Below are positions 30,767 through 41,048 of a stretch of 64,000 bases of DNA, piece after piece (positions within the stretch are counted from its first letter, which is position 1; each line of letters starts with the position of its first letter). The notes beneath the pieces were generated by a model, which had not been told where the DNA came from, ran no database searches, and saw only the letters and a program-made list of their open reading frames with translations. The position numbers and the translations under genes were made by a program. The stretch is from an uncultured Nitrospinota bacterium (lineage in GTDB: Bacteria > Tectomicrobia > Entotheonellia > J063 > CAVPRW01), in NCBI GenBank assembly GCA_963707985.1, contig CAVPRW010000042.1, positions 224,001 through 288,000 of the forward strand, read 5' to 3'.

Positions 30767-31837
30767 ATGTTCTACCGTGAAACCGGTGTCTTCCATGAAT
30801 CGTATGCCGCAGACATGGCCCTCTTCCCTGTCCCGCTGGATCGGTGGGGGGTGCTCATCTTGTTGCTGTTCGCTTGTCTGGGAATTCCCTACCTCACCAA
30901 TCAGTATTGGATAGGCAGCCTGATCATCCCGTTTCTTATCTTCGCGTTAGCCGCATTGGGACTGAATTTTTTGACAGGATATGCCGGACAACTCTCGTTG
31001 GGCCATGCAGCGTTCATGGGCGTTGGCGCCTATGGTGCGGTTCTTCTCTATGCTCGCTACGGCGTGCCTCTCCTGCCGAGCTTGTTGGGTGGTGGCCTGA
31101 TCGCCGCCGCGGTCGGCGCGCTGTTCGGACTGCCTGCCCTGCGGATCAAGGGCTTTTATCTCGCCGTCTCCACCCTTGCGGCTCAATTTATCATCGAATG
31201 GGTGATCACACATGTGAAGTGGATCGGGGGTGGCGTGTTTGCGACCATCGACACCCCGCCGCTGCGGATCGGGGGCTGGCTTCTCGATACCCCTGTCGAG
31301 AAATATTACCTAACCTTGGCGATCGTTATGGGCCTGACCATCTTCGCTAAAAACCTCGTGCGCAGCCGCGTGGGTCGCGCCTGGATGGCCATTCGCGATC
31401 GTGACATCGCCGCTGAAATGATGGGTATTTCCCTCTTCCGCTATAAGCTGTTAGCCTTCGCGGTCAGCTCCTTTTATGCAGGCATCGCGGGTGGGTTGAT
31501 GTCATGTACGTATTACGCGGCAGCGAACATCGAGGAATTTAATCTTCTGCTCTCATTTAGGTTGCTGGGCATGATTATTATCGGCGGCATGGGAAGCGTA
31601 TTGGGCTCATTCCTCGGGGCCGGGTTTATCGTCTTACTACCCATCTTTATCAATCAGGTTCTAGTCGCGTTTGGGAAAGTTGCCGGAAGGCTTGTCACCA
31701 CCGATCTACTCGCCAATACTGAATCCATGGTCTTCGGCGCCCTCATTGTGTGCTTCCTGATCGTGGAGCCACTGGGTTTGGCACGCCTGTGGCAGACGCT
31801 GAAGAATTACTTACGGCTGTGGCCGTTTCCATATTAG
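30767..31837 (+). CDS. HAAT-family ABC permease (LivM-like)
   Basis: GYAGQLSLGHAAF, LRIKGFYLAVSTLA, GRAWMAIRD. Confidence 0.92.
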   Translation: MFYRETGVFHESYAADMALFPVPLDRWGVLILLLFACLGIPYLTNQYWIGSLIIPFLIFALAALGLNFLTGYAGQLSLGHAAFMGVGAYGAVLLYARYGVPLLPSLLGGGLIAAAVGALFGLPALRIKGFYLAVSTLAAQFIIEWVITHVKWIGGGVFATIDTPPLRIGGWLLDTPVEKYYLTLAIVMGLTIFAKNLVRSRVGRAWMAIRDRDIAAEMMGISLFRYKLLAFAVSSFYAGIAGGLMSCTYYAAANIEEFNLLLSFRLLGMIIIGGMGSVLGSFLGAGFIVLLPIFINQVLVAFGKVAGRLVTTDLLANTESMVFGALIVCFLIVEPLGLARLWQTLKNYLRLWPFPY

Positions 31838-31896
31838 CGTGAGACACTGTTCTTCTTGACTCTGTTGCGGGCACAGATAAAGATCGGGGAGGCAAG

Positions 31897-33231
31897 ATGG
31901 GCGACTGGCATTTGCTGTCACGAGGAGAACCTATGAAACGCCGCAAGACCTGTCCAATAACACCTCTGCTGCTGCTCGCGGTCGTACTCTGCTTCGGGGT
32001 TCCCAGCCTCGAAGCGCAAGCGAAAGAGCAGATGTTCCCCATGCTCTGCTACCGCACCGGGCCCTATGCTCCCGGTGGCAGCGGCATCTGCGGGGGCTGG
32101 GAAGACTATATGGCTTTTCTCAACACCAAGGGGGGCGTGGAAGGCGTCACGCTGCGCTGGGAAGAATGCGAGACGGCGTACGATACAGCCCGAGGCATCG
32201 AATGTTACGAGCGCCATAAGCCGCGGATGATTGTGGTGAACCCGTTAAGCACCGGCATTACTTATGCCCTCATTGAACGTGCCAGCCGCGATAAGATCCC
32301 CATCGTGAGCCTGGGCTATGGGCGTGCTGATGCGTCCATCGGAGGAGATATTTTCCCGTATGTGTTTCCACTGGTGACCAATTATTGGTCGCAAACCTCC
32401 GCGAAGGTCCGCTTCATTGCCCAGAAGGAAGGTGGTGAGGAGAAATTGAAGGGCAAGAAAATAGCCCTGCTATACCTGGATGTGCCGTATGGCCGCGAAA
32501 CCATACCCATCCTGGAAAAACTCGCGGAGCGCTTCGGCTTTGAATTCCGTGGCTTTGCCGTCCCAGCACCTGGTCTCGAGCAAGGGGCTCAGTGGGTGGA
32601 TATCGCGCGGCGCTACCGGGCGGATTACGTCATTAACCGCAATTGGGGCGTGTCGTGCACGGTTCCCCTGCGTGAGGCGGCCCGAGTTGGGTTCCCACGT
32701 GAGAAGATCATCGGCGTCTGGTGGTGCGGCTCGGAGGAAGACGTACGGCCAGCTGGCGACGCGGCTACTGGCTATGTCGCCAGTAATTTTCATGGCGTCG
32801 GTACCGATTTCCCAGTGCTCAAAGACATCCTCGACAACGTGTACGGGGCTGGCAAGGGCAATCTGGAGAAAGAGCGGGTCGGTACGGTGTATTACAATCG
32901 TGGCGTCGTGCACGGCATCGTGCATACGGAGGCGCTGCGCACCGCTATCCAGAAGTTCGGGTTCCCCATCACCGGCGAGCAGTTTAAATGGGCCCTGGAA
33001 AACCTTGATCTCACCGAAGCCCGTCTGCAAGAGATCGGCGCCGGTGGCTTTATGCCACCGATCAAGACCGCACCGGACAACCATGAGGGCGGCGGCTGGG
33101 TGCGTTTTCAACAATGGGATGGCAATAAATGGGTCTCGATCTCCGATTGGGTGCCACCTTACAAGGAGATTGTCTGGAACGAAATCGATAACTCCGCTGC
33201 AGCCTATGCCAAGGAGAAGGACAAGAAGTGA
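31897..33231 (+). CDS. HAAT-family ABC substrate-binding protein
   Basis: Signal peptide; YRTGPYAP, ECETAYDT..ECYER, PLSTGITY, NHEGGG. Confidence 0.9.
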   Translation: MGDWHLLSRGEPMKRRKTCPITPLLLLAVVLCFGVPSLEAQAKEQMFPMLCYRTGPYAPGGSGICGGWEDYMAFLNTKGGVEGVTLRWEECETAYDTARGIECYERHKPRMIVVNPLSTGITYALIERASRDKIPIVSLGYGRADASIGGDIFPYVFPLVTNYWSQTSAKVRFIAQKEGGEEKLKGKKIALLYLDVPYGRETIPILEKLAERFGFEFRGFAVPAPGLEQGAQWVDIARRYRADYVINRNWGVSCTVPLREAARVGFPREKIIGVWWCGSEEDVRPAGDAATGYVASNFHGVGTDFPVLKDILDNVYGAGKGNLEKERVGTVYYNRGVVHGIVHTEALRTAIQKFGFPITGEQFKWALENLDLTEARLQEIGAGGFMPPIKTAPDNHEGGGWVRFQQWDGNKWVSISDWVPPYKEIVWNEIDNSAAAYAKEKDKK

Positions 33232-34043
33232 GCTTTGCGGTCCCCCCCCTACTCAAGGTCAACAACGTCGAGGTGATTTATGACCATGTGATGCTGGTCT
33301 TGAAAGGGGTGTCTCTGCTCGTTCCCGAGGCGGGTATTGTGGCACTTCTTGGGGCCAATGGCGCTGGCAAGAGCACGACGTTGAAGGCCATCTCCAATCT
33401 CTTGCGTGTTGAGCGCGGCGAAGTCACCAAGGGTAGTATTGAGTTTCTCGGCGCCCGCATCGAGCGGGCGGAAGCAGCAGCGCTGGTGCGCCGTGGAATC
33501 GTGCAAGTGATGGAAGGGCGCCGCATTTTCGAGCACCTGACGGTCGAAGAAAACTTGCGCACCGGCGCCTATACCCGACGCAACGGTCAGGCCATCAGTG
33601 ACGACCTTGAACGCGTCTACCATTACTTTCCGAGATTGCGAGAACGCCGGTCTGTGAAGGGGGGCTATGTCTCGGGCGGCGAGCAACAGATGTTGGCCAT
33701 CGGTCGGGCCCTGATGGCTCGCCCCAAGCTCATGCTGCTGGACGAGCCCTCCATGGGACTGGCTCCTATGCTGGTGCAAGAGATCTTCGACATCGTCGTA
33801 CGCTTGAACCGTGAGGAGCGGGTGGCCATTCTGCTCGCTGAACAGAATGCTGCCATGGCCCTCCGCGTCGTGCAGTACGGTTATGTCATGGAAAACGGTC
33901 GAATCGTGCTGGACGGCGAGGCCAAAATGCTCAGGGAAAACGAAGATATCAAAGAATTCTACCTGGGCCTGACCGGTGTCGGACAGCGCCGCAACTATCG
34001 CGATGTGAAGCACTACCGCCGCCGCAAGCGCTGGCTCTCCTGA
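33228..34043 (+). CDS. ABC ATPase, LivF-like
   Basis: GANGAGKSTT, SGGEQQM, LDEPSMGL; tail KHYRRRKRWL. Confidence 0.92.
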   Translation: MSFAVPPLLKVNNVEVIYDHVMLVLKGVSLLVPEAGIVALLGANGAGKSTTLKAISNLLRVERGEVTKGSIEFLGARIERAEAAALVRRGIVQVMEGRRIFEHLTVEENLRTGAYTRRNGQAISDDLERVYHYFPRLRERRSVKGGYVSGGEQQMLAIGRALMARPKLMLLDEPSMGLAPMLVQEIFDIVVRLNREERVAILLAEQNAAMALRVVQYGYVMENGRIVLDGEAKMLRENEDIKEFYLGLTGVGQRRNYRDVKHYRRRKRWLS

Positions 34044-34320
34044 AATCGCGATGAGGGCGCGCCTCTCATGCGTCTCCTCCGCTGGCATGCCTCCCTCCTA
34101 CTCCTTCCCCGCGATCGAGTGCTATCCTCAGGAATCGCCATCATTCTTGACTCTCCACACACACTATGCTACAAGGGGCAAACTTTTAACTACTGAGATA
34201 ATTGACTTTTCGCCTTTTCTTGCGATGGAGGGGCTTGTCGAACAGACGGAGGCGCGCTCCTGATAGTGCTCCTGGCCTGCCGTTCTTATTAGACGTGCGA
34301 CAGATATTATCTGTAGAGCC

Positions 34321-35244
34321 GTGCCAAATGATTCACGGAGGGCTCAGTCAGTGTTGACTAAGAAGTTATCGTCTCGACGAGAAGCCTATTTTTTCGCCTC
34401 CCCGGCCCTTTTCCTCATCGTAGCCTTCGTCGTTTTTCCTCTCATCTATTCGTTTTACCTAACCTTTCAAAACTACGATCTGGCCATCGGGCCGCCATCC
34501 GAGTTCGTTGGCTTCGAGAACTATATAGAGATGCTGGACGATAAGCGATTCTGGCGTTCGTGGCTCAATACCTTTGTCATTATTCTCCCATCGATCACTT
34601 TACAGCTGTTGTTGGGGTTGGGGATTGCCCTCCTCTTGAACCGCATTCCTCGGGGGAAAGCTTTCATCACCAGTTTGCTGATCATTCCCGCTATGGTGTC
34701 GCCGGCCTCTGCTGCCATGGTCTGGCGCATGCTCTTCGGCGTAAAGTATGGGGGTATTAATAATGCCCTCATGCAGGCCGGGCTGATGGATGTGTATTTC
34801 GACTGGTTCGCCACCCCAGCCCGGGCCATCATGTCCATTGTGGCGGTAGAAGTCTGGCACAATACCTCATTCATGATGATTGTCCTGCTGGCAGGGCTGC
34901 AGTCGATCCCACAAGACCTCTACGAAGCCGGTGAAGTGGATGGGGCCTCCACGTGGCAGCAATTCTGGTATATCACGCTGCCCCTGCTGAAATTTACCAT
35001 GATCGTCGCGCTGCTCATTCGCATGATCGATTTGACCAAGATCTTCGGCCTGATCTATCTCCTGACTTTTGGCGGACCGGCTGGCAGCACTCAGACGGTG
35101 GCGTTCTCCACATATCTCTCCGGCTTTCAAGATTTCCGCATCAGCTATGCCTCAGCACTGTCGTACGTCATCGTGGTGGGCGTATTCATTCTGACCTTGA
35201 TCTTTCAGAAGGTGTCGCGCTTTCGGGAAGGGGAAGAAGCATGA
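34321..35244 (+). CDS. Carbohydrate ABC permease
   Basis: EFVGFENY; LAGLQSIPQDLYEAGEVDGAS EAA loop. Confidence 0.9.
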   Translation: MPNDSRRAQSVLTKKLSSRREAYFFASPALFLIVAFVVFPLIYSFYLTFQNYDLAIGPPSEFVGFENYIEMLDDKRFWRSWLNTFVIILPSITLQLLLGLGIALLLNRIPRGKAFITSLLIIPAMVSPASAAMVWRMLFGVKYGGINNALMQAGLMDVYFDWFATPARAIMSIVAVEVWHNTSFMMIVLLAGLQSIPQDLYEAGEVDGASTWQQFWYITLPLLKFTMIVALLIRMIDLTKIFGLIYLLTFGGPAGSTQTVAFSTYLSGFQDFRISYASALSYVIVVGVFILTLIFQKVSRFREGEEA

Positions 35245-36092
35245 CTACCTTTTCCAAGTATAAGCTGCAGCACCAGCTCGGCATGGTCCTGACCTATGCT
35301 GGGCTCATTGTGGCGCTGATCTTTTTTCTCTTTCCCTTTGTGTGGATTCTCACCACGTCGTTGAAAGGCAACGAAGACTACTTCACGTTTCCGCCGGTAT
35401 GGATTCCCATGGAGCCATCACTGGCCCATTATTACCGACTCTTCACCCATGGCAACGGCTGGCTCTATTTCAAGAACAGCTTGGCCATTTCGAGCCTGAG
35501 TATGCTGGCGGCGCTGCTCTTCAGCGTACCCACGGCATACAGCATTGCCCGTTTTCATTTCGGTGGATCGCTGTTCTCGAATTTTCTCCTCCTGCTGCGG
35601 ACGATGCCGGCGATCGCTCTGGTCATCCCCATCTACGTGCTGTATAGCAAGCTGGGCATGACCAATAACTACTTCGGGTTGATCTTACTGTACACCGTGT
35701 TCTACATCCCTTTTGCGGTGTGGCTGATGATCGGCTTCATTCGCGATGTACCGAAGGAAATCGAGGAGGCAGCGCTCATCGATGGGTGTTCCCGACTGCA
35801 GGCCCTGCTGCGGGTGGTCCTGCCCATCATTGTTCCTGGGCTGGCCGTGGTGGCACTCTTTGCCTTTATTACCACGTGGAACGAGTTCCTGTTCGCGGTC
35901 ATTCTGACCGGAGCAGAGACGAAGACGATGATGGTGCTGGTAGCTTCCTATACGTCAGGCTCCCCTACCGACACCTTCTATGGGGAAGCCTCGGCTTCCG
36001 TCGTGCTGGGAATCATTCCGGCGTTTGTTGTCGCGTTTGCCCTGCAGCGTTATCTGGTGAAGGGGCTGGCGTTGGGGGCCGTCAAAGGCTAA
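35241..36092 (+). CDS. Carbohydrate ABC permease
   Basis: PKEIEEAALIDGCSR, WNEFLFA; ATG overlaps the upstream stop. Confidence 0.9.
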   Translation: MTTFSKYKLQHQLGMVLTYAGLIVALIFFLFPFVWILTTSLKGNEDYFTFPPVWIPMEPSLAHYYRLFTHGNGWLYFKNSLAISSLSMLAALLFSVPTAYSIARFHFGGSLFSNFLLLLRTMPAIALVIPIYVLYSKLGMTNNYFGLILLYTVFYIPFAVWLMIGFIRDVPKEIEEAALIDGCSRLQALLRVVLPIIVPGLAVVALFAFITTWNEFLFAVILTGAETKTMMVLVASYTSGSPTDTFYGEASASVVLGIIPAFVVAFALQRYLVKGLALGAVKG

Positions 36093-36154
36093 AGGCGCAT
36101 GAGCGGTCAGCTGGCCTGGTCGCCCCGCAACATCATACATAGAGGAGAGATGTT

Positions 36155-37615
36155 GTGAGTACCGCAAGCACTCCGGTCGTTCGCCTTAGCGCCTGCGTCA
36201 TGGCGTTGACCCTGCTACTGGGGATCATCTTGATGCGCCCAGGCGAAGCGGCCAAGCCCTATCGAAGGCACCACCGTCAAGGTCATCGTCAATGCTGAGT
36301 TTGTGAAATATGCCTTGACGCTGGTGGAGCAGGACCTCGTACGACAAGCACGGCATCAAGCTCGAGGTCGAGGTCATCCCTGGCGAGGCGTTCGTGACCA
36401 AGACGCTGCTAGAGTTCACCAGTGGTCGTAGCCCCTGGGATCTGGTCATGTTCACCCCCACTTTCATGGCCGATTACTTCAGGCATTTCGAGCCGCTCGA
36501 GCCTTTGATCAAGAAGCTGAATCTCCAGCTTGATCTCGATGATATCGCCAAAGAGTATCAGCTCTCGAACATGTACTGGGGCGGCACCCTGTACGCCATG
36601 CCGCTGGATGGCGATATCCATACCATGTTCTACAACAAGGTCGCCTTTGAACGGCCAGAGAACAAAGACAAGTTCAAGGCCAGAGTATGGCTACGACTTG
36701 GCTCCGCCCCAGACCTGGAAGCAGTGGGATGATCAGGCGGCGTTTTTTTATGGTTGGGGTTGGGATGGCAGTGATCGCAAGCTCTTCGGTGCGGGCGCGT
36801 CGTATAAAGAAAACAATTTTTCCTTTTATTGGTGGCGCCAACGCTTTTTCGCCTATGGTGGCCAATACTTCGATGAGAACATGAAGCCCTTGATTAATAC
36901 CAAGCCGGGAATACGCGCCCTAGAAGAGCTGGTCAACACGATCCAATACTATCCCCCGGGTGTGCTGCTCTTCGAAGCGGAGGAACCGAAAACCATGCTG
37001 ATCAAGGGGGAGGTGCCGATGCTGGTGTCCTGGACTAGCACGGGCAAACGCGTCGGCGACCCCAACCAGTCGTTGATCGTCGATAAGGCGGGTTTCGGCG
37101 TGCTCCCTGGGCATAAAGTCGACGGCAAAATCATTCATGCCTCGCCTAACACCGGCGGACGCTCTTGGGCAATCTCCAGGTACTCGAAGGTGAAGGATGC
37201 CACCGCCATCGTCCTTGAGTTTGTTTCCTCGCCTGAGCAGAGCTTGAAGATCGTCATGGATCCCAAGACGATCATGGACCCCTGGCGTAACTCCCATTTC
37301 ACCTCGGAGAAATTCCGCTCTGCGTTTCCAGGCGCCGGTGAGTATCTGGACTCCATCAAGGAGAGCTTCGGCAAGACCGTACCCGGAGTATTGATTCCAG
37401 GGGGGAATGAATACCAACTTCGGATCGCTGATATGGTCAGCCGCGCACTGCAAAAATCGATGACACCCAAGGAAGCCCTCGATCAGGCAGTTGAGGAGTG
37501 GGATAAGATCACCAAGCGGCGCGGCTTGAAGAAGCAGCAGGAACTTTGGCTGCAGCAGATGGCGGCCATGAAAGAGACAGGGGTTGTCTTCCGACCAGAG
37601 TTGGCCGATAAGTAG
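36155..37615 (+). CDS. Sugar ABC substrate-binding protein (about 3 frameshifts near 36263, 36337, 36683)
   Basis: GTG after GAGGAG; signal peptide; YAMPLDGDIHTMFYNK, PPQTWKQW, TPKEALD across frames. Confidence 0.8.
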
Positions 37616-37671
37616 CGCATCCGACCCAGGGGGAGGCCAGCGCCTCCTACATCTCCTCCCCACCATCCTTC

Positions 37672-37956
37672 AATGCGGTCATCGCCGCCGTGGGGGATTG
37701 AGGCAGTTGCGCGTCGTGCCGTATGGACGACGCGATTCTGGCCGAGCAGGCTGGCATCCTGGCCACGGCTATCATGACCGATCGTTTCGCCCTGACCGCG
37801 CAGGTGATGGCCCAGGTATCTGGCCAGGTATCTGGCAGGCCCGGACACCCGTTTGCCGTCATGCCTCACCCCATTCGCCACAACAGCGACGCGGTCCTGC
37901 GGGAGAAGACCGCCGATGCAGTCCAGCAGTGCGCAAGGATTCTGTTGGCACGCTAA
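37672..37956 (+). pseudogene. UGSC-family (seleno)protein, C-terminal relic with in-frame TGA
   Basis: NAVIAAVGD-TGA(37699-701)-GSCASC..AEQAGI..TDRF..HPI; hairpin 37710-37734 after the TGA; no start codon after the in-frame TAA at 37609. Confidence 0.75.
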
Positions 37957-37987
37957 CACAGGGGAAAAAACGTGGGGAAACTGCATA

Positions 37988-38239
37988 GTGTCGGAGCGGA
38001 TTGCCGTGCTCCCAGAGTTTCGTGGGAGGGGCGTCGCGGTTGCCCTCATGACGGCGTTTGAAAACGCCGTCCAGGCCCTTGGAATCCCTGAAGCACGTGT
38101 GGGCGTCAGGGCCAGCCTTCCCGCGAACCTCCGTTTCTACGAGAATTTGGGCTACCGTGCACTTGCGTCACAATCGTATCCGACCGGCACCGACGTCGAG
38201 CTGACGTTGAGCAAGGGTCTGGCAGCGAAGCCCCGATAA
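37988..38239 (+). pseudogene. GNAT acetyltransferase C-terminal fragment
   Basis: RIAVLPEFRGRGVAVALM (motif A) and NLRFYENLGY; N-terminal half missing. Confidence 0.7.
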
Positions 38240-38405
38240 TCCGCCAGCTAGTTCGTGGCCGCGTCTGCCAACATGTGGGTCGGGGTGATGCAGGCTGGAT
38301 ACTCTTTCAAGGAAGAGCTCCCCACCTTCCTCTTGTTCCTCTTGCTGCCGATTGCCAGAGCCGCGTTTGTGAAGTAAAAGTTTCTTTGCACTCGGAAAGA
38401 CCCGA

Positions 38406-38771
38406 ATGGGCAAGAGCAGATTAGAGGCCTTTAGCGATGGCGTGATCGCCATCATCATCACCATTATGGTCCTAGAGATGAAGGTGCCCCGCAGCGACAG
38501 TATCGAGGCCCTTGCGCCGCTGGTTCCGGTGTTCTTGAGTTATGTCTTGAGCTTCGTGTACGTTGGCATCTACTGGAAGGGCAAGCTGTCACCCATCGTG
38601 TATGTCCTCGCCATTCTTTCGGCATTTTGGTCGCAGTGGATCGCCCAAAGTCTTTACGTGTTAGTCGCACTCATCTGGCTGGTGCCGGATCGACGCATCG
38701 AGCGCGCGATTGGTGGTACAGACACATCAACAACCGTGGCACCAGATCCTCGGGTGAGACGGCAACGTTAG
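38406..38771 (+). pseudogene. TMEM175/DUF1211 K+ channel family, in-frame internal deletion
   Basis: RLEAFSDGVIAIIITIMVLE; VGIYW joined directly to KGKLSP; LIWLVPDRRIER. Confidence 0.8.
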
Positions 38772-38791
38772 ACAGATGGGAGGTATTGGAC

Positions 38792-39070
38792 GTGCCGAAC
38801 CTCTCATACCTCTCTCAGAAGACGGTGGTCCAGGAGAGCCGCATTCACGACCGCGGCCTCTTTGCCCGCGAGTTCATTGCCAGCGGCGAAATCGTGGCCA
38901 TCAAAGGCGGGTACATCCTCGATTCCGCGACCCTCCATGAAGTTGAGAAGCGCCTCGGTCCTGCCCAGCTTTCCGTTGCTGACGGCTTCTGCATCGGACC
39001 GCTTTGCACGGACGAGAGAGAAGGCGCGATGACCTCCAGCAATCACTCATGTGATCCCAACAAGGATTAG
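38792..39070 (+). pseudogene. SET-domain protein, truncated after NHSCDPN
   Basis: SRIHDRGLFAREFIASGE; NHSCDPN then stop; lacks the GEELTxDY and post-SET motifs. Confidence 0.8.
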
Positions 39071-39116
39071 GTATCCTAAACGAAACAGCTATTGTATCAG
39101 AAAGTGATACCTAATC
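39065..39116. repeat. 11-bp inverted repeat at the SET truncation point
   Basis: GATTAGGTATC (39065-75) ... GATACCTAATC (39106-16), AT-rich 30-nt spacer. Confidence 0.8.
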
Positions 39117-39559
39117 TCTTAGCGAAGATTTGACAATACTATGTTGAACTATTGTATTATTCGATGTTTATGGAGAATTCGCGCCGAACACGTTTTCCCT
39201 AAACGTATCAAGACCGGATACCTAAACCAAGATCCTCGCGCTGCTCTTACTCCGCAGACTCGGTCGTCATTCGTTTGGGCTTTCTTCGCTTCGACCAACT
39301 TGGGCTCCCAGCCATCTTCATCGGACCGTACAGCCAGCCCTGAATAACCATGGCAGATCGACGAGGCTTCGCACCCCGACTCCACATGAGGCAGTATGGT
39401 TCCCCGCTCTTGACTGCTCTGAACGCGATGTGCTGAGAGGTAACGTTAGGTCATTAGCGTCTGCTAGCGGGGCATCCGGTGGAGCGACACGATGGCAGTC
39501 CAGCCTTGGCGTAAGCATTGGGGTCGAAATCTACCCGACGCCAATGCTTACAACCGATC

Positions 39560-40018
39560 TTACTGGCCACTGCTCGCGAGCCGCTCACTGACCTGTCGGG
39601 CGAAATCCTGCAACATCGCGTCGGCCCGTTTGCGCATCACTGGCTGGCCAAATTCCCCGATCTTGCCCAGCACATGCGTTTCGAGTGTGACGCGCATCTC
39701 AGTTTCGGCAGCTCCCTTTTGCAGCAGATCCATATCCATCCGGGCCCGTATCCCACCGCCGAGCTTGCGATCCTTGGCCTCTGCGCGCATGGCCCCGTGC
39801 CATTGTTCGCGGTCCTTGGCCTCGACGTAAATCGTGCCCTGTAGGGCGAGAGCAATGGGTCCCATCTTGATGCGCAAGGTACCGTCGTATGTCTCCTCGT
39901 TGACCTGTCGGACCGCCTCAACGCCGGGGAGGCACTGGGCAATATTCTGCATGTCCATGAGAAAATCCCAGACCGCCTCTCGGCTGGCGGCAATAGTACA
40001 TGACTGTGTAAAAGTCAT
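39560..40018 (-). CDS. CoxG/SRPBCC family protein
   Basis: VWDFLMD..IAQCLPGV, IKMGPI, LGKIGEFGQPVM. Confidence 0.88.
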   Translation of the reverse strand: MTFTQSCTIAASREAVWDFLMDMQNIAQCLPGVEAVRQVNEETYDGTLRIKMGPIALALQGTIYVEAKDREQWHGAMRAEAKDRKLGGGIRARMDMDLLQKGAAETEMRVTLETHVLGKIGEFGQPVMRKRADAMLQDFARQVSERLASSGQ

Positions 40019-40050
40019 CAGACGTTCTCCAACTCGTGCGGTATAAAATC

Positions 40051-40140
40051 CCCTCTCCCGGCGGGAGAGGGAAGGGGTGGGGGAAGCTCTCAAAAAGAGC
40101 AAACCGTCCCCGCCCCAGGCCTCTCCCTGTCGGGAGAGAG
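40051..40140. repeat. REP-like palindromic unit pair (CCCTCTCCC-N3-GGGAGAGGG)
   Basis: CCCTCTCCCGGCGGGAGAGGG at 40051-71 and an inverted degenerate copy at 40108-40. Confidence 0.75.
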
Positions 40141-40173
40141 TGAAACGGCTCAGGGGAATTGTTCGGCTGGCCT

Positions 40174-41048
40174 TTAGACCGCTGCCGACGCGCGTTGCCA
40201 TGCCTGCTCCAGCGCCCGCCGGACGAACACCCCTGCCATGGCGCGCTTGTAGTCGGCAGAACCACGCGCATCGCTGATGGGGTCGGTCACCCGTTGCGCC
40301 AGGACACCTGCCTCTCGTGCCAGTTCTGGCGTGAGACGCTGTCCACGCACCAGCGCCTCGGCCTCGGGGGCTCGCACTGCAGTGGAGGCGACGCATCCCA
40401 TGGCTATGCGGCAATCCAGACAGGTCCCACTCGCTGGGTCAATGGTCACCGTTGCCGCCACGCCGACCGTGGCATAGTCGTCCGCCGTGCGGGGCAAGAA
40501 TTTTAAATAGACGCTGCCCGAGTGGGGTGCCAACACCGGCACGACCACCTCGGTGACCAACTCGTCCGCTTGACGCACGGTTTCATAATAGTCGGTGAAA
40601 AACTCCCCGATTGGCACCTGGCGCGAGCCTGCCGTCGACCTCAACCCCACTTGTGCGTCAAGGGCCAGTAGGATGACCGGCGGGTCCTGATTAGGGTCGG
40701 CATGCGCCAACGCCCCGCCGACCGTGGCCACATTGCGAATCCGGATGGTCGCCACATGCGCATAGGTCTCGGCTAACGACGGCAAACGACTGCGCACCGC
40801 TGAGACTGTTCCACGGCGCGATGCGTGGTCAGGGCTCCGAGCTGGATCTCACCATTCCGCGCATTGATCTGATCTAAGCCACGGATTTTCTGTAAGCTGA
40901 TGAGGCAGTCGGGCATCACCAACCGTTGCTTCATCATGATCACCAGCGCCGTACCCCCGGCCATGACCCTGGCATCTTCGCCGAGGTCGTGCATCAGTGT
41001 GAGCGCCTCCTCAACTGTGTCAGGTTGACGAAACTCAAAGGCATTCAT
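40174..41048 (-). CDS. Xanthine dehydrogenase family FAD subunit, CoxM-like (frameshift near 40795)
   Basis: MAGGTALV, IRNVATVGGALAHADP, DPISDARGSADYKR. Confidence 0.88.

Noticed and set aside
33249..34088. Long antisense and alternate-frame ORFs (e.g. 33249-34088, 57013-57924, 11042-11809)
   Set aside because: Shadow ORFs of high-GC genes with no motifs
39834..40414. N-terminal extension of the CoxG-like ORF (and of the amidohydrolase at 61763-61855)
   Set aside because: Translation of REP-like palindromes and of the upstream gene; better starts are 40018 and 61762
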